From Acidobacteriota bacterium (GTDB lineage: Bacteria > Actinomycetota > Acidimicrobiia > Spongiisociales > UBA5794): 64,000 nt of DNA. Shown piece after piece: positions 45,141 through 57,871 of this stretch. The DNA lies in NCBI GenBank assembly GCA_022562055.1, contig JADFQA010000012.1, positions 14,483-78,482 on the forward strand. The letters are read 5' to 3'. Every line of letters begins with the position of its first letter. Position 1 is the first letter of the stretch. The notes under the pieces were generated by a model. That model was given only the letters and a program-made list of their open reading frames with translations. It had not been told where the DNA came from and searched no databases. The position numbers and the translations under genes were made by a program.

Positions 45141-46487
45141 ATGCAAGGCGGGATCCGAAACATCTTGCGGCTCGGTACCACTGCGATCGTCGTATCGATT
45201 GGGTTGGCTAGCGCTGTCGTTGCGCAGCCACCGACCGTGCTCCAGGAACGCTTCGATACCCAAGGTTGGCACGACTCGTGGATCGACTGGCGTCCGGGAG
45301 ACGATCTCACCACCTACGCCAACAAAGGATATCGCACCACAGGACTCGGCGTTACCATTTCACCAGGCCAACGACGCGGGACCGGGGCGCACTACCGAAT
45401 CGATGGTATCGTCGACGAAGCCTGGTTTCGCTACTACTTACGGCTCGATAACTTCGTACCTATCTCCTCAGGGAAGTTTCCAGGGTTCGCGGGCATGCCG
45501 TCGTACACGGCAAGGGGCTGCCTCCCATCGACCCCGTCCGCGCCTGGCTGGTCCGCTCGAACAATGTTCACCGAGGCGGGCACCGGAGGGGCAGCGGCGG
45601 ACCAGATCAGACTCGGAACGTACCTATACCATCTCGGCCAAGCCGGAACCTGCGGCGACAAACTGCTGTGGGACGCCGAAGTGGCGACGCTCGATCAGAA
45701 CCGCTGGTACTGCATTGAAGGCCACATATCGCTCAACACACCGGGATTCGGCAATGGCGTGGTCGAAGGTTGGGTCGACGGTACGCGGGCGTACTTTCGT
45801 GACGACGTTGAGTTCCGCCGCGCCGATGAAACCGACCTCGATATCCGCACGCTGTGGCTCAACGTCTATTTCGGCGGCGCCACTGTCGTGAACGACCGCG
45901 ACCTTTCGCTTACCCTGGACGAGCTTGTCATTTCGACTGTGGATCAGGTTGGTTGTGTGGCCCCGTTCTGGGACTCCCTTGCGAGTCAACACCGATCGGC
46001 GATCGAGTCGTTGGCCTACGCAGGGGTCATCCAGGGATGCGCCTACGGGAAGTTCTGTCCCGATGACTTACTGACACGCGCAGAAACGCTGACTCTTATC
46101 GACAGAATGATTCAAGCCCCCGCACAGCCTGACGATGCGTTCGACGACGACGAAGGTCACTGGGCAGAGGCGGTGTTGAATCGGCTTGCGCCCCTCGGAA
46201 TTGTCACGGGGTGCGGCCCCCGCCTTATCTGCCCTGATGCCGCGGTCACGCGTGGTCAGTTCGCCGCTTTTATCACGAGGGCATTTGATCTTCCGGCGCC
46301 GACGAACGACTTCTTCCACGACGACAATCAATCGCTGTTCGAGTACTCGATCAACCAGATCGCATCGATCGGCCTCACGCGCGGCTGCGGAGCCGGTGCA
46401 GAAGACTATTGCCCCAACGATCCTCTGACCAGAGCGCAGGCGGCGACGCTTCTATACCGACTGCTCACCTGGCTGGAAGACCGGTGA
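45141..46487 (+). CDS. Secreted polysaccharide-lyase-like (PL14-like) protein with C-terminal SLH repeats
   Basis: Signal peptide; GKFPG, WSARTMF, YLYH, FGG motifs; three repeats CPD...TRA/TRG. Confidence 0.65.
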   Translation: MQGGIRNILRLGTTAIVVSIGLASAVVAQPPTVLQERFDTQGWHDSWIDWRPGDDLTTYANKGYRTTGLGVTISPGQRRGTGAHYRIDGIVDEAWFRYYLRLDNFVPISSGKFPGFAGMPSYTARGCLPSTPSAPGWSARTMFTEAGTGGAAADQIRLGTYLYHLGQAGTCGDKLLWDAEVATLDQNRWYCIEGHISLNTPGFGNGVVEGWVDGTRAYFRDDVEFRRADETDLDIRTLWLNVYFGGATVVNDRDLSLTLDELVISTVDQVGCVAPFWDSLASQHRSAIESLAYAGVIQGCAYGKFCPDDLLTRAETLTLIDRMIQAPAQPDDAFDDDEGHWAEAVLNRLAPLGIVTGCGPRLICPDAAVTRGQFAAFITRAFDLPAPTNDFFHDDNQSLFEYSINQIASIGLTRGCGAGAEDYCPNDPLTRAQAATLLYRLLTWLEDR

Positions 46488-46520
46488 CGCCACAACTGGT
46501 ACGTGGATCGAGATAACGAA

Positions 46521-46549
46521 AGTGGGGCGACCCCAGGGGCCGCCCCACT
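46521..46549. terminator. Hairpin between convergent SLH gene and rpoC
   Basis: AGTGGGGCG...CGCCCCACT. Confidence 0.6.
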
Positions 46550-46583
46550 CGCGCATTACCGCAGCGGCTCGCACCGCTTCGGT

Positions 46584-49500
46584 TTATTCGTCTGAACTGT
46601 CTGAAGAATCTGAACCGTCCGAAGATGCGGCAGCCTCGGCAGGCTCTGTCGTCTGCGCACCGAGACTCGCCAGCCACTCAGCGGGGTTCGCCGGCAGGGA
46701 ATCGTCAACGCTTTCGGGAATGTCCTCGCCGAAGATGCCAAGGGCAGTCATCACAGACGCCTCCGGCACATGCGGTTGAATGGTCTGGTACTTCGGGAAT
46801 CCGGTCCCGGCAGGGATCAACTTCCCGATGATGACGTTCTCCTTGAGACCGCGCATAAAGTCAGACTTCGCCTGGAGCGATGCCTCTGTGAGCACGCGTG
46901 TGGTCTCTTGGAACGAAGCCGCGGATAACCACGAGTCAGTCGCCAGAGACGCCTTGGTAATCCCCATCAATTCTGGGCGACCCTCGGCCGGTTGTTTCCC
47001 TTCTTCAACCAATTCCTTATTCGTTGCACGGAACTTCTGAACGGCAATGAGGTCTGCCGGCAAGAAAGACGAATCGCCGCTCGCAACGATCCGTACCCTG
47101 CGCAGCATTTGGCTCACGATGATTTCGATGTGCTTGTCAGCAATGTCCACACCCTGGCTCCGGTACACCTCTTGTACCTGATCAACGAGGTACATCTGCG
47201 CAGCTCGCACGCCGCGAATCTCCAGTACCTCCTTCGGATCGAGAGGACCCTCGGTGAGTTGCTCACCAGGTTCGACAATGTCGCCATCAGCAACCCGCAG
47301 TCGGGTCCGTCTGGTCACCGGATACTCGGTTTCGACATCCTTCTCGGAAACGACGATCCGGCGCCCGTCTTCATCTTCGACAATCCGGACCGCACCGCCG
47401 TGTACAGCGAGGATGGCCTTTCCCTTTGGCGCACGCGCTTCGAAAAGTTCGACAACGCGCGGGAGTCCGTGGGTGATGTCGATGCCTGCCACACCGCCGG
47501 TGTGGAAGGTCCGCATCGTGAGCTGAGTCCCAGGCTCGCCAATTGATTGAGCGGCCATGATCCCGACTGCTTCGCCGATCTCGACCATCTTCCCGGTCGC
47601 CAGGCTCAGCCCGTATGACATCTGAGAGATGCCGTACTCTGACTGATCGGTCAGCGGCGACCGAACCCGGATGGAGAGGATCTCTTCTGCCTCGGACAGG
47701 CCGTACATCGCATCGCGATCGATCATTTCGCCGGCGCGTAACTTGCGCCCGTCCCCGAACGTGAACAGCTTTGCACCGATCTTGACATCTTCGGCCAGAA
47801 TTCGGCCGTATATGCGGTTTCGCAGACTGCGAATTGGCTTGCCGTCCTCGCGAATGGGGATCACAAGACCGATGTCATCGGACTCGTCTGCGTGGACGAT
47901 GACCTCTTGAGCGACGTCTACGAGACGACGGGTCAGATAGCCAGAGTCAGCAGTGCGCAGCGCGGTATCGGCAAGACCCTTGCGAGCTCCGTGAGTCGAG
48001 ATGAAGTACTCCAGCACGGACAATCCTTCGCGGAAGTTCGCCTTGATCGGCTGGGGAATGATGTCACCCTTCGGGTTGGCGACCAGCCCACGCATGCCGG
48101 CAATCTGTCGAAGCTGCTGCATGTTCCCCCGAGCACCGGAACGCACCATCATGTCGATCGGATTGAACCGGTCGGACTCAAGCGTCTCCTGCATCGCCTC
48201 CTTCACTTCATCTGTCGCTTCGGTCCAGATTTCAATGAGTTCAGCGCGGCGCTCATCGTTTGTGATGATGCCCTTTGAGAACTGCTTCTCGACCTTTTCG
48301 GCGCGCTTGTCATAACCCGCAATGATCTTCTTTTTCGAGCTTGGGGTTTTGACGTCCTCAAGCCCGATCGTCAGACCAGCCCGGGTCGCGTACTCGAATC
48401 CGATCTCCTTGATGGAGTCGAGGGTGTGCGCAACAGCCGGTTTGTCATAAATAGCGATGATCTCCTCGATGATTGCGCGCAGATCTGACTTGATCACGGA
48501 CGTGTTTACATAGGGGAAATCGTCGGGGAATACGCTGTTCAGGATCGCCTTGCCGATTGTGGTGTCGAGCAGGATGTCCCCATCGACAGGTTCGTCGGTG
48601 ATGAGATACCCGATGCTGCGCTTCAACGCAGCATGCTGCTCGGAGCTGCCCGCTAGTGATCCGACTCGAATCCTGACGGGGGCATGCAACGAAATGTCAC
48701 TCATGTCGTACGCCATCATTGCTTCGTTCACGCTTGAAAACGCACGTCCGGCTCCCTTGGCATCTTCAACAATCATCGACAGGTAGTACATGCCGATGAC
48801 CATGTCCTGTGCCGGCGTCGCAATTGGTCGGCCGGATGCAGGAGAGAGAAGGTTGTTTGTTGAAAGCATCAGAACCCGAGCTTCCGCCTGCGCCTCTGCA
48901 GACAACGGAAGGTGGACAGCCATCTGATCGCCGTCGAAGTCGGCGTTAAACGCTTCACACACAAGTGGATGGAGCTGGATTGTCTTGCCCTCGACCAAGA
49001 CCGGCTCAAAGGCTTGAATCCCGAGACGGTGAAGAGTCGGAGCCCGGTTGAGAAGCACCGGGTGTTCCTCAATCACGTCGCCCAACACATCCCACACCTG
49101 AGCACGGCGACGCTCAACCATACGCTTTGCGGCCTTGATATTTTGTGCGAGGTCCAGATCGACAAGCCGCTTCATCACGAACGGCTTGAACAATTCAAGG
49201 GCCATCAGCTTGGGCAGACCGCACTGATGCAACAGAAGCTGCGGACCTACAACGATGACAGAACGACCTGAGTAGTCGACACGCTTGCCAAGCAAGTTTT
49301 GTCGGAATCGCCCCTGTTTACCTTTCAGCATGTCCGACAGCGACTTCAACGGACGGTTGCCTGGCCCAGTTACCGCGCGGCCGCGACGGCCGTTGTCGAA
49401 CAAGGCATCAACAGCTTCCTGCAGCATGCGCTTTTCATTGTTGACGATGATTTCGGGGGCACCAAGGTCAAGAAGCCGTTTCAGCCGGTTGTTGCGGTTA

Positions 49501-50537
49501 ATGACACGCCGGTACAGGTCGTTCAGGTCTGAGGTTGCAAACCTACCCCCGTCGAGCTGAACCATCGGACGCAGGTCGGGAGGCAACACGGGTACAGCGG
49601 TAAGCACCATGTCGCGGGGGTCGTTCTTCCCGTCAGCAAACGGCGTGACAACCTTGAGCCGTTTCATTGCACGTTGGCGACGTTGCTGTGACTTGGCATC
49701 GAGATCGGCACGCAGAGACTCGATCTCAGCGTGGAGGTCCATCCTGCCGATGATGTCCTTCACCCATTCAGCCCCCATGCCACCGTCGTAGTAGTCGCCG
49801 TAGCGATCGATGAGCTCACGCCACAACTGCTCGGACTCGATGAGCTGTTTCGGCTTCAGCGTCCTGAACGTGTCGAACGCCTCGCGCAGAAGACCGCTCT
49901 CGACCTTGGCCCGCTCTTCGCGGTCCTGGATGTCACGGGTTACTTCTTTACGGCGTTGATTGATTTCCTGTGCAGGAGCGTCTGCGTCTTCCATCCCAGA
50001 AAGCTCAAGCTCAAGACGTTCGAGACGCGCCTCTTTCCATTCGACGAACTCGTCCTCGATGAGCGCCAGCTCGTGATGGGTCGCCTCTTCAAGCTCACCC
50101 AAGTCCTGGGCGCGGCGATCCTCGTCAACATGGGTGATGAGATAGGCCGCAAAGTAGATGACCTTCTCGAGTTCCTTCGGGGACATGTCCAGTAGGTAGC
50201 CGAGACGCGACGGGACACCTTTGAAGAACCAAATGTGTGTGACCGGCGCCGCCAACTCGATGTGACCCATGCGTTCGCGACGCACTTTGGCGCGGGTTAC
50301 CTCAACGCCACAGCGTTCGCATACAACGCCGCGGAATCGAACTCGCTTGTACTTACCGCAGCTACATTCCCAGTCCCTCGATGGGCCAAAGATACGTTCG
50401 TCGAAAAGACCTTCCTTCTCCGGCTTTAGGGTCCGGTAGTTGATGGTCTCTGGCTTTTTCACTTCTCCAAAGGACCATGCGCGGATCTGATCACCGCTAG
50501 CAAGGCCGATTCGGACTTCGTCAAACGTTACTGGCAT
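46584..50537 (-). CDS. rpoC: RNA polymerase beta'
   Basis: NADFDGD, N-terminal Zn finger CSC...[12 protein letters not shown]. Confidence 0.99.
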   Translation of the reverse strand: MPVTFDEVRIGLASGDQIRAWSFGEVKKPETINYRTLKPEKEGLFDERIFGPSRDWECSCGKYKRVRFRGVVCERCGVEVTRAKVRRERMGHIELAAPVTHIWFFKGVPSRLGYLLDMSPKELEKVIYFAAYLITHVDEDRRAQDLGELEEATHHELALIEDEFVEWKEARLERLELELSGMEDADAPAQEINQRRKEVTRDIQDREERAKVESGLLREAFDTFRTLKPKQLIESEQLWRELIDRYGDYYDGGMGAEWVKDIIGRMDLHAEIESLRADLDAKSQQRRQRAMKRLKVVTPFADGKNDPRDMVLTAVPVLPPDLRPMVQLDGGRFATSDLNDLYRRVINRNNRLKRLLDLGAPEIIVNNEKRMLQEAVDALFDNGRRGRAVTGPGNRPLKSLSDMLKGKQGRFRQNLLGKRVDYSGRSVIVVGPQLLLHQCGLPKLMALELFKPFVMKRLVDLDLAQNIKAAKRMVERRRAQVWDVLGDVIEEHPVLLNRAPTLHRLGIQAFEPVLVEGKTIQLHPLVCEAFNADFDGDQMAVHLPLSAEAQAEARVLMLSTNNLLSPASGRPIATPAQDMVIGMYYLSMIVEDAKGAGRAFSSVNEAMMAYDMSDISLHAPVRIRVGSLAGSSEQHAALKRSIGYLITDEPVDGDILLDTTIGKAILNSVFPDDFPYVNTSVIKSDLRAIIEEIIAIYDKPAVAHTLDSIKEIGFEYATRAGLTIGLEDVKTPSSKKKIIAGYDKRAEKVEKQFSKGIITNDERRAELIEIWTEATDEVKEAMQETLESDRFNPIDMMVRSGARGNMQQLRQIAGMRGLVANPKGDIIPQPIKANFREGLSVLEYFISTHGARKGLADTALRTADSGYLTRRLVDVAQEVIVHADESDDIGLVIPIREDGKPIRSLRNRIYGRILAEDVKIGAKLFTFGDGRKLRAGEMIDRDAMYGLSEAEEILSIRVRSPLTDQSEYGISQMSYGLSLATGKMVEIGEAVGIMAAQSIGEPGTQLTMRTFHTGGVAGIDITHGLPRVVELFEARAPKGKAILAVHGGAVRIVEDEDGRRIVVSEKDVETEYPVTRRTRLRVADGDIVEPGEQLTEGPLDPKEVLEIRGVRAAQMYLVDQVQEVYRSQGVDIADKHIEIIVSQMLRRVRIVASGDSSFLPADLIAVQKFRATNKELVEEGKQPAEGRPELMGITKASLATDSWLSAASFQETTRVLTEASLQAKSDFMRGLKENVIIGKLIPAGTGFPKYQTIQPHVPEASVMTALGIFGEDIPESVDDSLPANPAEWLASLGAQTTEPAEAAASSDGSDSSDSSDE

Positions 50538-50608
50538 GTTTTAGACCTCGGTCCGGAAGGCTGGGTACTTCGAATGTGCTGTTGTGCTCGGGGGTGCAGG
50601 AAAGTGGA

Positions 50609-53600
50609 TCATACAATTGGCTCCATCTCTGGGCGCTCTGGTCGTGTGATATCAATGCCCAACGAAGCCGCCGTTCGGAAAATGTCTTCGTCGAGATCCG
50701 TCAGGTCAACCTCCTCACCGGCAGAGAGCATCTCAACGTTGAGACATAGGCTCTGCATCTCCTTCACGAGCACCTTGAAGGACTCGGGGATTCCCGGTTC
50801 GGGGATGTTCTCACCCTTGACAATCGCCTCGTACACCTTGACGCGGCCCCGGACGTCATCGGATTTGATGGTCAGGATCTCTTGCAGTGCGTACGCAGCA
50901 CCGTATGCCTCCAACGCCCACACCTCCATCTCGCCAAAGCGCTGACCACCAAACTGCGCTTTACCACCAAGCGGCTGCTGGGTGATCATGGAGTACGGCC
51001 CCGTGGAACGGGCGTGGATCTTGTCATCGACGAGGTGGATGAGCTTGAGCACGTAGATGTACCCAACGGTGATACGCGAGTCGAATGGCAGACCCGTTCG
51101 GCCGTTGAAAAGCTGCGCTTTCCCCTCACCATCAACAAGACGGTCGCCGTCCCGGTTTGGTGTGGCGTGCCTCAACATCGTGAGGATCTCGTCTTCGTGG
51201 GCCCCGTCAAACACCGGCGACGCTACGGTCTGCCAGGGCTCGGCCCCGGTCGACGCTGCACTCTCGACATCGGAGAACTCGCCCCAACCCTGAGCGGCCG
51301 CCCACCCGAGGTGGGTTTCGAGGATCTGTCCGAGGTTCATACGCGAGGGGACACCTAGTGGCGACAGGATGATATCGACAGGTGTTCCGTCGGCCATGAA
51401 CGGCATGTCCTCTTCCGGAAGAATCTTTGAAATGACACCCTTGTTTCCGTGACGACCGGCAAGCTTGTCGCCAGCGGAGATCTTCCTCATTTTGGCCACG
51501 TACACACGGACCAGTTCGTTCATCCCCGGTGGGAGGTCGAACCCGTCTTCGCGGCGGAACTCCTTCACTGCAATCGCCTTACCGACTTCGCCGTGCGGAA
51601 CCTTGAGCGACACGTCACGAACCTCGCGGGCCTTCTCACCAAAGATTGCACGCAACAGACGCTCTTCGGGCGTAAGCTCGGTTTCGCCTTTTGGTGTGAC
51701 TTTCCCGACGAGATAGTCACCGGCGGCAACGTCGGCGCCGATTCGAATGATGCCGCGATCGTCCAGGTCGTGCAGCACCTCCTCGGCGACGTTGGGGATG
51801 TCCCGAGTGATTTCTTCGGAGCCCAGCTTGGTGTCGCGGGCATCGATTTCGTGTTCGTCGATGTGAATTGACGTGAGGACATCGTCTTTGACAAGGCGCT
51901 CCGACAGGATGATGGCATCCTCGAAGTTGAGGCCTTCCCATGGCATGAAGGCGACGAGAAGGTTGCGACCAAGGGCCAGCTCACCGTTGTCGGTAGAAGG
52001 ACCGTCGGCGAGCACACGCCCGACTTTCACCTTTTCGCCTTCTTTGACAAGCGCACGCTGGTTAATGCACGTCCCCTGATTCGAGCGCGTGAACTTGCGC
52101 AGATGATACGTATGCTTCTTGTTGGTGGCTGTCTCTTTGACGACGATCTGATCGCCGGTCACCTCCACGATCTCGCCGGTGACACCCGAAATGATCACAT
52201 CGCCCGAGTCTTCGGCGGCGCGAGCCTCGACACCGGTACCAACGAGAGGGGCCTCGGCGCGCAACAAAGGCACGGCCTGGCGTTGCATGTTGGAACCCAT
52301 CAGGGCACGGTTGGCATCGTCATGCTCGAGGAACGGAATCAACGAAGTAGCAACCGAAACGACCTGTTTCGGAGAAACATCCATGTAGTCGACAAGGTTC
52401 TTGTCGACGGTGTCAACTTCACCACCGGTCATACGAACCAGGACACGATCATTACGGAACGTGCCATCGGAATTCAACGGCGCGTTCGCCTGCGCAATGA
52501 TGTGGCCTTGCTCTTCTGACGCAGTGAGGTAGTCAAGCTGATTCGATACCTTGGCGTTTTTCACCCGGCGGTACGGAGTCTCTATGAAGCCGTATCGGTT
52601 GACTTTGGCGTACGTCGCGAGCGAACCGATAAGCCCGATGTTGGGACCCTCGGGTGTCTCGATTGGACACATCCGCCCGTAGTGGGACGGGTGTACATCG
52701 CGCACCTCGAACCCGGCGCGTTCGCGTGACAGACCACCGGGGCCGAGCGCAGAGAGACGTCGTCGATGGGTGATCCCCGCAAGCGGGTTCGGCTGATCCA
52801 TAAACTGGCTGAGCTGGCTGGTTCCGAAAAACTCCTTGATCGAAGCAACTACCGGGCGGATGTTTATCAGGCTCTGCGGTGTGATCGCTTCAGGATCCTG
52901 GGTTGTCATACGCTCGCGAACGACACGCTCGAGACGGCTGAGTCCGACACGGATCTGATTCTGAATCAGCTCACCGACGGTGCGAACGCGCCGGTTGGCG
53001 AAGTTATCGATATCGTCGATGAAATAGCCCTCCTGGTTTTCAGAAAGAGCGATCAGATATCGAATTGTGTCGAGCATGTCCTCTTCGGACAGCAGACCGT
53101 GAGTCGTCCCGTCGTAGTTCTCAAGATCAATACCGGGCCTACCAAACTTCTGGTCGAGCTTGTAACGACCGACGCGGGTGAGGTCGTATCGCTTTGCGTT
53201 GAGGAACAGCGTCTTGATCAGACCGCGTGCAGACTCGACTGTCGTGAGCTCACCTGGTCGGAGCTTGCGATAGAGATCAAGCAGAGCCTCGTCACGGGTC
53301 GTCGTGGTGTCCTTGGCGAGAGTCTCGCGAATCATCTCGTTCCCATCGAAGAGTTCGAGAATTTCTTCGTCGGTTTCGGCAAACCCGAGCGCACGGATAA
53401 AGGTCGTCACGTACTGGCGGCGTTTGCGGTCGACACGCACACCAACCGTGCCCTTCTTGTCGGTGTCGAACTCAAGCCAAGCGCCGCGACCGGGGATCAC
53501 CTTTGCAGCGTGGAGTACCTTGTCTGAGGTCTTGTCCTGCGCAGCGTTGAAATACACCCCGGGAGAACGCACGAGCTGACTCACCACAACACGTTCGGTG

Positions 53601-53965
53601 CCATTGATGATGAACGTGCCGTTCGGTGTCATCATCGGGAAGTCGCCGAGGAACACCTGCTGCTCCTTGATTTCACCGGTTTCGCGGTTTAGGAATCGGG
53701 CGGTAACGAAAAGCGGCTTTGAGAAGTTGGAGTCTTGCTCCTTCGCCTCTTCAATGGTGAGAGGGGCATCGCCGAAACGATGGTCGGTGAGTTCCAAAGC
53801 AAGGTTGCCCGTGAAGTCCTCGATCGGCGAGGCTTCGGCGAAAATACGTTGCAATCCGTGGTCAAGAAACCACGAGAAAGATTCATGTTGGATTTCGATC
53901 AAGTTCGGGAGAGGCTGGGTCTCCGGAATCTTTGCAAACGACAATCTCTTGCGCGCACGAGCCAA
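50609..53965 (-). CDS. rpoB: RNA polymerase beta
   Basis: [21 protein letters not shown]; TTG start after GAGGAG inferred. Confidence 0.98.
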   Translation of the reverse strand: MARARKRLSFAKIPETQPLPNLIEIQHESFSWFLDHGLQRIFAEASPIEDFTGNLALELTDHRFGDAPLTIEEAKEQDSNFSKPLFVTARFLNRETGEIKEQQVFLGDFPMMTPNGTFIINGTERVVVSQLVRSPGVYFNAAQDKTSDKVLHAAKVIPGRGAWLEFDTDKKGTVGVRVDRKRRQYVTTFIRALGFAETDEEILELFDGNEMIRETLAKDTTTTRDEALLDLYRKLRPGELTTVESARGLIKTLFLNAKRYDLTRVGRYKLDQKFGRPGIDLENYDGTTHGLLSEEDMLDTIRYLIALSENQEGYFIDDIDNFANRRVRTVGELIQNQIRVGLSRLERVVRERMTTQDPEAITPQSLINIRPVVASIKEFFGTSQLSQFMDQPNPLAGITHRRRLSALGPGGLSRERAGFEVRDVHPSHYGRMCPIETPEGPNIGLIGSLATYAKVNRYGFIETPYRRVKNAKVSNQLDYLTASEEQGHIIAQANAPLNSDGTFRNDRVLVRMTGGEVDTVDKNLVDYMDVSPKQVVSVATSLIPFLEHDDANRALMGSNMQRQAVPLLRAEAPLVGTGVEARAAEDSGDVIISGVTGEIVEVTGDQIVVKETATNKKHTYHLRKFTRSNQGTCINQRALVKEGEKVKVGRVLADGPSTDNGELALGRNLLVAFMPWEGLNFEDAIILSERLVKDDVLTSIHIDEHEIDARDTKLGSEEITRDIPNVAEEVLHDLDDRGIIRIGADVAAGDYLVGKVTPKGETELTPEERLLRAIFGEKAREVRDVSLKVPHGEVGKAIAVKEFRREDGFDLPPGMNELVRVYVAKMRKISAGDKLAGRHGNKGVISKILPEEDMPFMADGTPVDIILSPLGVPSRMNLGQILETHLGWAAAQGWGEFSDVESAASTGAEPWQTVASPVFDGAHEDEILTMLRHATPNRDGDRLVDGEGKAQLFNGRTGLPFDSRITVGYIYVLKLIHLVDDKIHARSTGPYSMITQQPLGGKAQFGGQRFGEMEVWALEAYGAAYALQEILTIKSDDVRGRVKVYEAIVKGENIPEPGIPESFKVLVKEMQSLCLNVEMLSAGEEVDLTDLDEDIFRTAASLGIDITRPERPEMEPIV

Positions 53966-54108
53966 GGTGATCTCCTCTACCGAGATGGACAAAAGGGACG
54001 GGTCTGAACTTTTAGCAACTCAGGACGACCGAAAAACCAGGATAGCACATAGCTAACCTGGTCTTTCCAGATGGGAGACGTCGAGAACTTGTTCAATTGC
54101 TTACCCGA

Positions 54109-54138
54109 ACGATACAACGACATTGCACCGCGCGTCAA
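54109..54138 (-). promoter_or_regulatory. Putative rpoB SigA promoter
   Basis: TTGACG-N18-TATCGT. Confidence 0.5.
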
Positions 54139-54174
54139 GGGTATATCTCGGAACCGCTCACCACGGACTACACA

Positions 54175-54213
54175 AGAATTGGGGCGAGATCGTGACAGTC
54201 TCGCCCTAATTCT
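54175..54213 (-). terminator. rplJL terminator hairpin
   Basis: AGAATTAGGGCGAGA...TCTCGCCCCAATTCT directly after rplL. Confidence 0.7.
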
Positions 54214-54232
54214 CTTGGGCCTCAGTTGACCG

Positions 54233-54616
54233 CTACTTGATCTCGACAGATGCCCCGGCACCCTCGAGGGCCTCTTTTGCCTTGTCGGCAGCCGCCTGAT
54301 CGACACCTTCGAGCACGGGACCCGGGGCGTTGTCGACAACACCCTTGGCCTCTTTGAGCCCCAGGCTGGTGAGTTCGCGAACGACCTTGATCACCTGGAT
54401 CTTCTTGTCGCCGATCGCTGAGAGCAGCACGTCGAACTCGGTCTGCTCTTCCACGGCAGCACTGTCACCGCCGTCGGTTGCAACGGCTGCCACCGCGACC
54501 GGTGCGGCCGCGGTCACCTCAAACTTGTCTTCGAATGCCTTGAGGAATTCGGAGAGTTCAAGTACGGACATTTCCTCAAAGACTGTGAGCAAGTCTTCTG
54601 TCGTCTTTTTTGCCAT
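54233..54616 (-). CDS. rplL: 50S protein L7/L12
   Basis: [25 protein letters not shown]. Confidence 0.98.
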   Translation of the reverse strand: MAKKTTEDLLTVFEEMSVLELSEFLKAFEDKFEVTAAAPVAVAAVATDGGDSAAVEEQTEFDVLLSAIGDKKIQVIKVVRELTSLGLKEAKGVVDNAPGPVLEGVDQAAADKAKEALEGAGASVEIK

Positions 54617-54618
54617 GG

Positions 54619-55380
54619 TTATTCCTCCTCGGCTTTGTCAGCCGGTTCTTCTTGTTCTTGGGAAACGTTTTCGCTTGCTACGTCCGCGGTCTCGTTAGCT
54701 ACCGCGTCATCGTCGGCAGTGTCACTGCCTGCAGCCTCATCAGCGACCGTGTCGTCGGCTGACAGCTCAGACGACGTGTCGTCGTCGACCGCTTCGTCGA
54801 CTGCGCTATCGTCAGCAGCGACCGGTTCGGCCGGCTCGTCGACTGCGCCGGTGGTATCACCGGCAGCTTCCTTCTTCTCAATGAGCTGCTGCATCATCGA
54901 GGCTACGTTGCGCGGCAACGCAGCAAGCAGACCGGCCATATTCGACATCGGCGCACGCATGGTGCCGAGCAACTTGGCAAGTAACTCGTCGCGGCTGGGC
55001 AACTTCGCTAGATCGGCGACCCGTTCGGGAGTCAGGAGTTCGACCCCGAGGACCGCTCCTTTGATCGTGAACGCGTCGTTCTCAGCCGCAAAGGTAGCAA
55101 GCACCTTTGCGGCCGCTGCTGGGTCAGCATCGGCGAACGCCAAACCGGTTGGACCGACAAGAAGGTCTTCAAGACCCTCTATATCGAGACCGGCAGTGGC
55201 GAGACGCGTCAAAGTCATCTTGGCGACCTTGAACTCCGCGCCGGACTCGCGCAGTCCGCGCCGCAACTCCTGCTGCGACTTTACGGACAGCCCTGCGTAC
55301 TCGGCAAGGAACACCGCTTGTGCTCCCTCGAAGCGCTCTTGTAGCTCGGCTACAGCCTTGACCTTGTCTGGTCGTGGCAT
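54619..55380 (-). CDS. rplJ: 50S protein L10 with acidic C-terminal extension
   Basis: [20 protein letters not shown]. Confidence 0.96.
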   Translation of the reverse strand: MPRPDKVKAVAELQERFEGAQAVFLAEYAGLSVKSQQELRRGLRESGAEFKVAKMTLTRLATAGLDIEGLEDLLVGPTGLAFADADPAAAAKVLATFAAENDAFTIKGAVLGVELLTPERVADLAKLPSRDELLAKLLGTMRAPMSNMAGLLAALPRNVASMMQQLIEKKEAAGDTTGAVDEPAEPVAADDSAVDEAVDDDTSSELSADDTVADEAAGSDTADDDAVANETADVASENVSQEQEEPADKAEEE

Positions 55381-55452
55381 GTGTCCTCCTTTGTCTACTT
55401 CGGATGCAACACCCCGCTGCACATGGCGACAGTTCACAAGACATCCATCTCG

Positions 55453-55568
55453 TAGAAAAAGCCCCCGACCATCGGCACGAGGACTATCTGAGAAACGAAT
55501 CTTCAGGAAGAACCTGCGCTGGCGTCTATCGACTTATGCCCTGGGGCGCCCGCGGTCTTTGGTCGCAG
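55453..55568 (-). promoter_or_regulatory. L10 leader with terminator-like hairpin
   Basis: CCAAAGACCGCGGG...TAA...CCAGCGCAGG core, then GTCCTCG...CGGGGGC-TTTTT, upstream of rplJ. Confidence 0.75.
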
Positions 55569-55980
55569 TATGAGTTTTGCGGACGTCAGCGTATGCGCAC
55601 GCGACAAGAACGTCAAAACGAGTGATTGGCTGGCAGCTTGACTCGGTGTCGCAGCTCGCAAGAAAGGTCGTACGGGTACGGAGATGTCGGCGCGGCGCTT
55701 TTCGACCTACCGAGGATTTGGGCAGACGGCGGGCCAGGATGCCATCCAATCGCCCCACTCCTATGTCACGTCAGGGTAGGGACTGACGATGTGACCAGAT
55801 CGGCCGAAGCTCTCCAGGGCGATGGTGGACCGCCCATGCTTCGAGTCGTCCATACCCGTACGGCGCCATACTGGCCTATGCCACCTCCGTTGTCCACCCG
55901 AGCCAACAAGCGGCCACCGACCCGCCACAGATGGCCCGAGATGGACTACTCAAATGTGCGACCCGGATCAGCGTACGGTC

Positions 55981-56691
55981 TTAATCTTTGACTGCATCCA
56001 TGAGCGCAGCGATGTCGACGCGGACGCCGGGTCCCATCGTCGAAGAGATCGAGATCTTCTTCATGTAGAAGCCCTTTGCCGAAGCAGGCCTGGCACGCTG
56101 CACTTCGTCGGCAAGTTTTATGAGGTTTTCCAGAAGCTGCTCTTCGGAAAATGACACTCGACCGATCCCCACATGCACGTTGCCATAACGGTCGTTGCGA
56201 TACTCAACACGACCCGCCTTGAACTCGGCAACCGCGGTCGCCACATCGGTTGTCACCGTTCCGGACTTTGGGTTCGGCATCAATCCACGCGGTCCAAGAA
56301 GTTGGCCCAACTTTCCAACAACCGGCATCATGTCTGGCGTTGCAATGGTGACGTCAAAATCGAGCGGGCGACCTTTGGAAAACTCCGTGGCAAGCACGGC
56401 CCCGCCCACGATGTCAGCGCCGGCCTTTTCTGCCGCCTCGGCGTTTTCGCCTGTTGCGAAAACACATATCCGCACGTTCTTGCCGGTACCATGCGGCAAG
56501 CTGACGGTCCCACGGACAATCTGGTCGGCCTGGCGTGGGTCGATACCCAACAGGAACACCGCGTCAACGCTCTCGTCAAACGAAGCGTACGCGAGGCTCT
56601 TGACTGTCGCTACCGCGTCTTGCGGTGCGTGTAACTGAGAACTGTCGTACTTGCGCCGCACCGCGGCCTTTTTCTTGGCTTCTTTTGCCAT
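55981..56691 (-). CDS. rplA: 50S protein L1
   Basis: [24 protein letters not shown]. Confidence 0.98.
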   Translation of the reverse strand: MAKEAKKKAAVRRKYDSSQLHAPQDAVATVKSLAYASFDESVDAVFLLGIDPRQADQIVRGTVSLPHGTGKNVRICVFATGENAEAAEKAGADIVGGAVLATEFSKGRPLDFDVTIATPDMMPVVGKLGQLLGPRGLMPNPKSGTVTTDVATAVAEFKAGRVEYRNDRYGNVHVGIGRVSFSEEQLLENLIKLADEVQRARPASAKGFYMKKISISSTMGPGVRVDIAALMDAVKD

Positions 56692-56705
56692 GTTTTTTTC
56701 TCCTA

Positions 56706-56733
56706 GTGGTACGGCGGCCTACGGCCTCCCACG
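56706..56733 (-). promoter_or_regulatory. Putative L1 autoregulatory site upstream of rplA
   Basis: GTGGGAGG...CCGTACCAC stem adjacent to the SD. Confidence 0.55.
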
Positions 56734-56775
56734 GATGGTGCGAGTGCGACCCGCGGTGATCGATTGAGGTATTCG

Positions 56776-57204
56776 CTAACCGTCGACGAGCAGACCCATC
56801 GACCGGGCAGTGCCCTCGATAATCAGCATTGCGGCATCGACATCGTTGGCGTTGAGATCTCGCATCTTGGTTTCGGCAATGTCACGCACCTGGTCACGAG
56901 TGACTGTCCCCACCTTGACCTTGAGCGGCTCTGACGAACCCTTCTCGATCTTCGCCGCTTGACGCAGCAGGACCGCCGCCGGAGGGGTCTTTGTCACAAA
57001 CGTGAACGTCCGGTCCTCGTACACCGAAATCTCAACAGGGACGATCGTCCCGGCCTGGCTCGCGGTGGCGTCGTTGTACGCCTTGACGAAGTCCATGATG
57101 TTGACACTGTGCTGACCGAGCGCCGGTCCGACCGGTGGAGCGGGGGACGCCTGTCCAGCAGGAATCTGGAGCTTTATAACTGTCACGAGCTTCTTGCGGC
57201 CCAT
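56776..57204 (-). CDS. rplK: 50S protein L11
   Basis: [18 protein letters not shown]. Confidence 0.98.
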   Translation of the reverse strand: MGRKKLVTVIKLQIPAGQASPAPPVGPALGQHSVNIMDFVKAYNDATASQAGTIVPVEISVYEDRTFTFVTKTPPAAVLLRQAAKIEKGSSEPLKVKVGTVTRDQVRDIAETKMRDLNANDVDAAMLIIEGTARSMGLLVDG

Positions 57205-57222
57205 TGGTAACCTCGCTTGGTG

Positions 57223-57867
57223 TTAGAACTTAACAATCTGGTCGAAGCTGAGTTCGACAGGCGTTTCACGGCCGAAGATATCGACAAGGACTCGCACCTT
57301 CGACTGGTCGACGTTGATGTCTTCGACGATGCCGTTGAAATCGGCGAAAGGCCCTTCGACAACACGCACTGTCTCGCCAACCTCCCAGGCCGGCTTGAAC
57401 CGCGGCTTCTCTTTTTCGATCTCGTCCTTTCGGACGCCGAGGATTCGCTCAACTTCGCGCCTTGACAGTGGTGTTGGCTTGGTGCCAGAGCCCACGAAGC
57501 CGGTAACACCCGGGGTGTTGCGAACCGCATACCAGGCGTCATCATCGAGGTACAACCTGCACAAGATGTATCCAGGAAACTTCTTGCGCTGAACGGTGAC
57601 CTTCTTACCACCCTTGAACTCGATGACGTCCTCCATCGGAATCACGACATCGAAAATCTTGTCCTCAAGATGCATTGACTTCACACGAGTTTTAAGGTTC
57701 GCCTTTACTTTGTTCTCGTACCCGGAGTACGAATGGATGACATACCACGAACCGGAGAGGTCGTACGGACTCTCTGGTTCAGGCTCGACGTATGGCGCGG
57801 AGGCGGCGTCCTCTTCGTCGACGACTTCGTCGGTCTCCGTTTCGAGAGCTTGTGTCACGTCATTCAT
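57223..57867 (-). CDS. nusG: NusG
   Basis: WYVIHSYSGYE, FPGY, IFGRETPVEL. Confidence 0.98.
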   Translation of the reverse strand: MNDVTQALETETDEVVDEEDAASAPYVEPEPESPYDLSGSWYVIHSYSGYENKVKANLKTRVKSMHLEDKIFDVVIPMEDVIEFKGGKKVTVQRKKFPGYILCRLYLDDDAWYAVRNTPGVTGFVGSGTKPTPLSRREVERILGVRKDEIEKEKPRFKPAWEVGETVRVVEGPFADFNGIVEDINVDQSKVRVLVDIFGRETPVELSFDQIVKF

Positions 57868-57871
57868 TTCG

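Noticed and set aside
55580-55980. About 400-bp rplA-rplJ gap as a hidden gene or RNA
   Set aside because: No convincing ORF, motif or stable long pairing seen; possibly a decayed remnant
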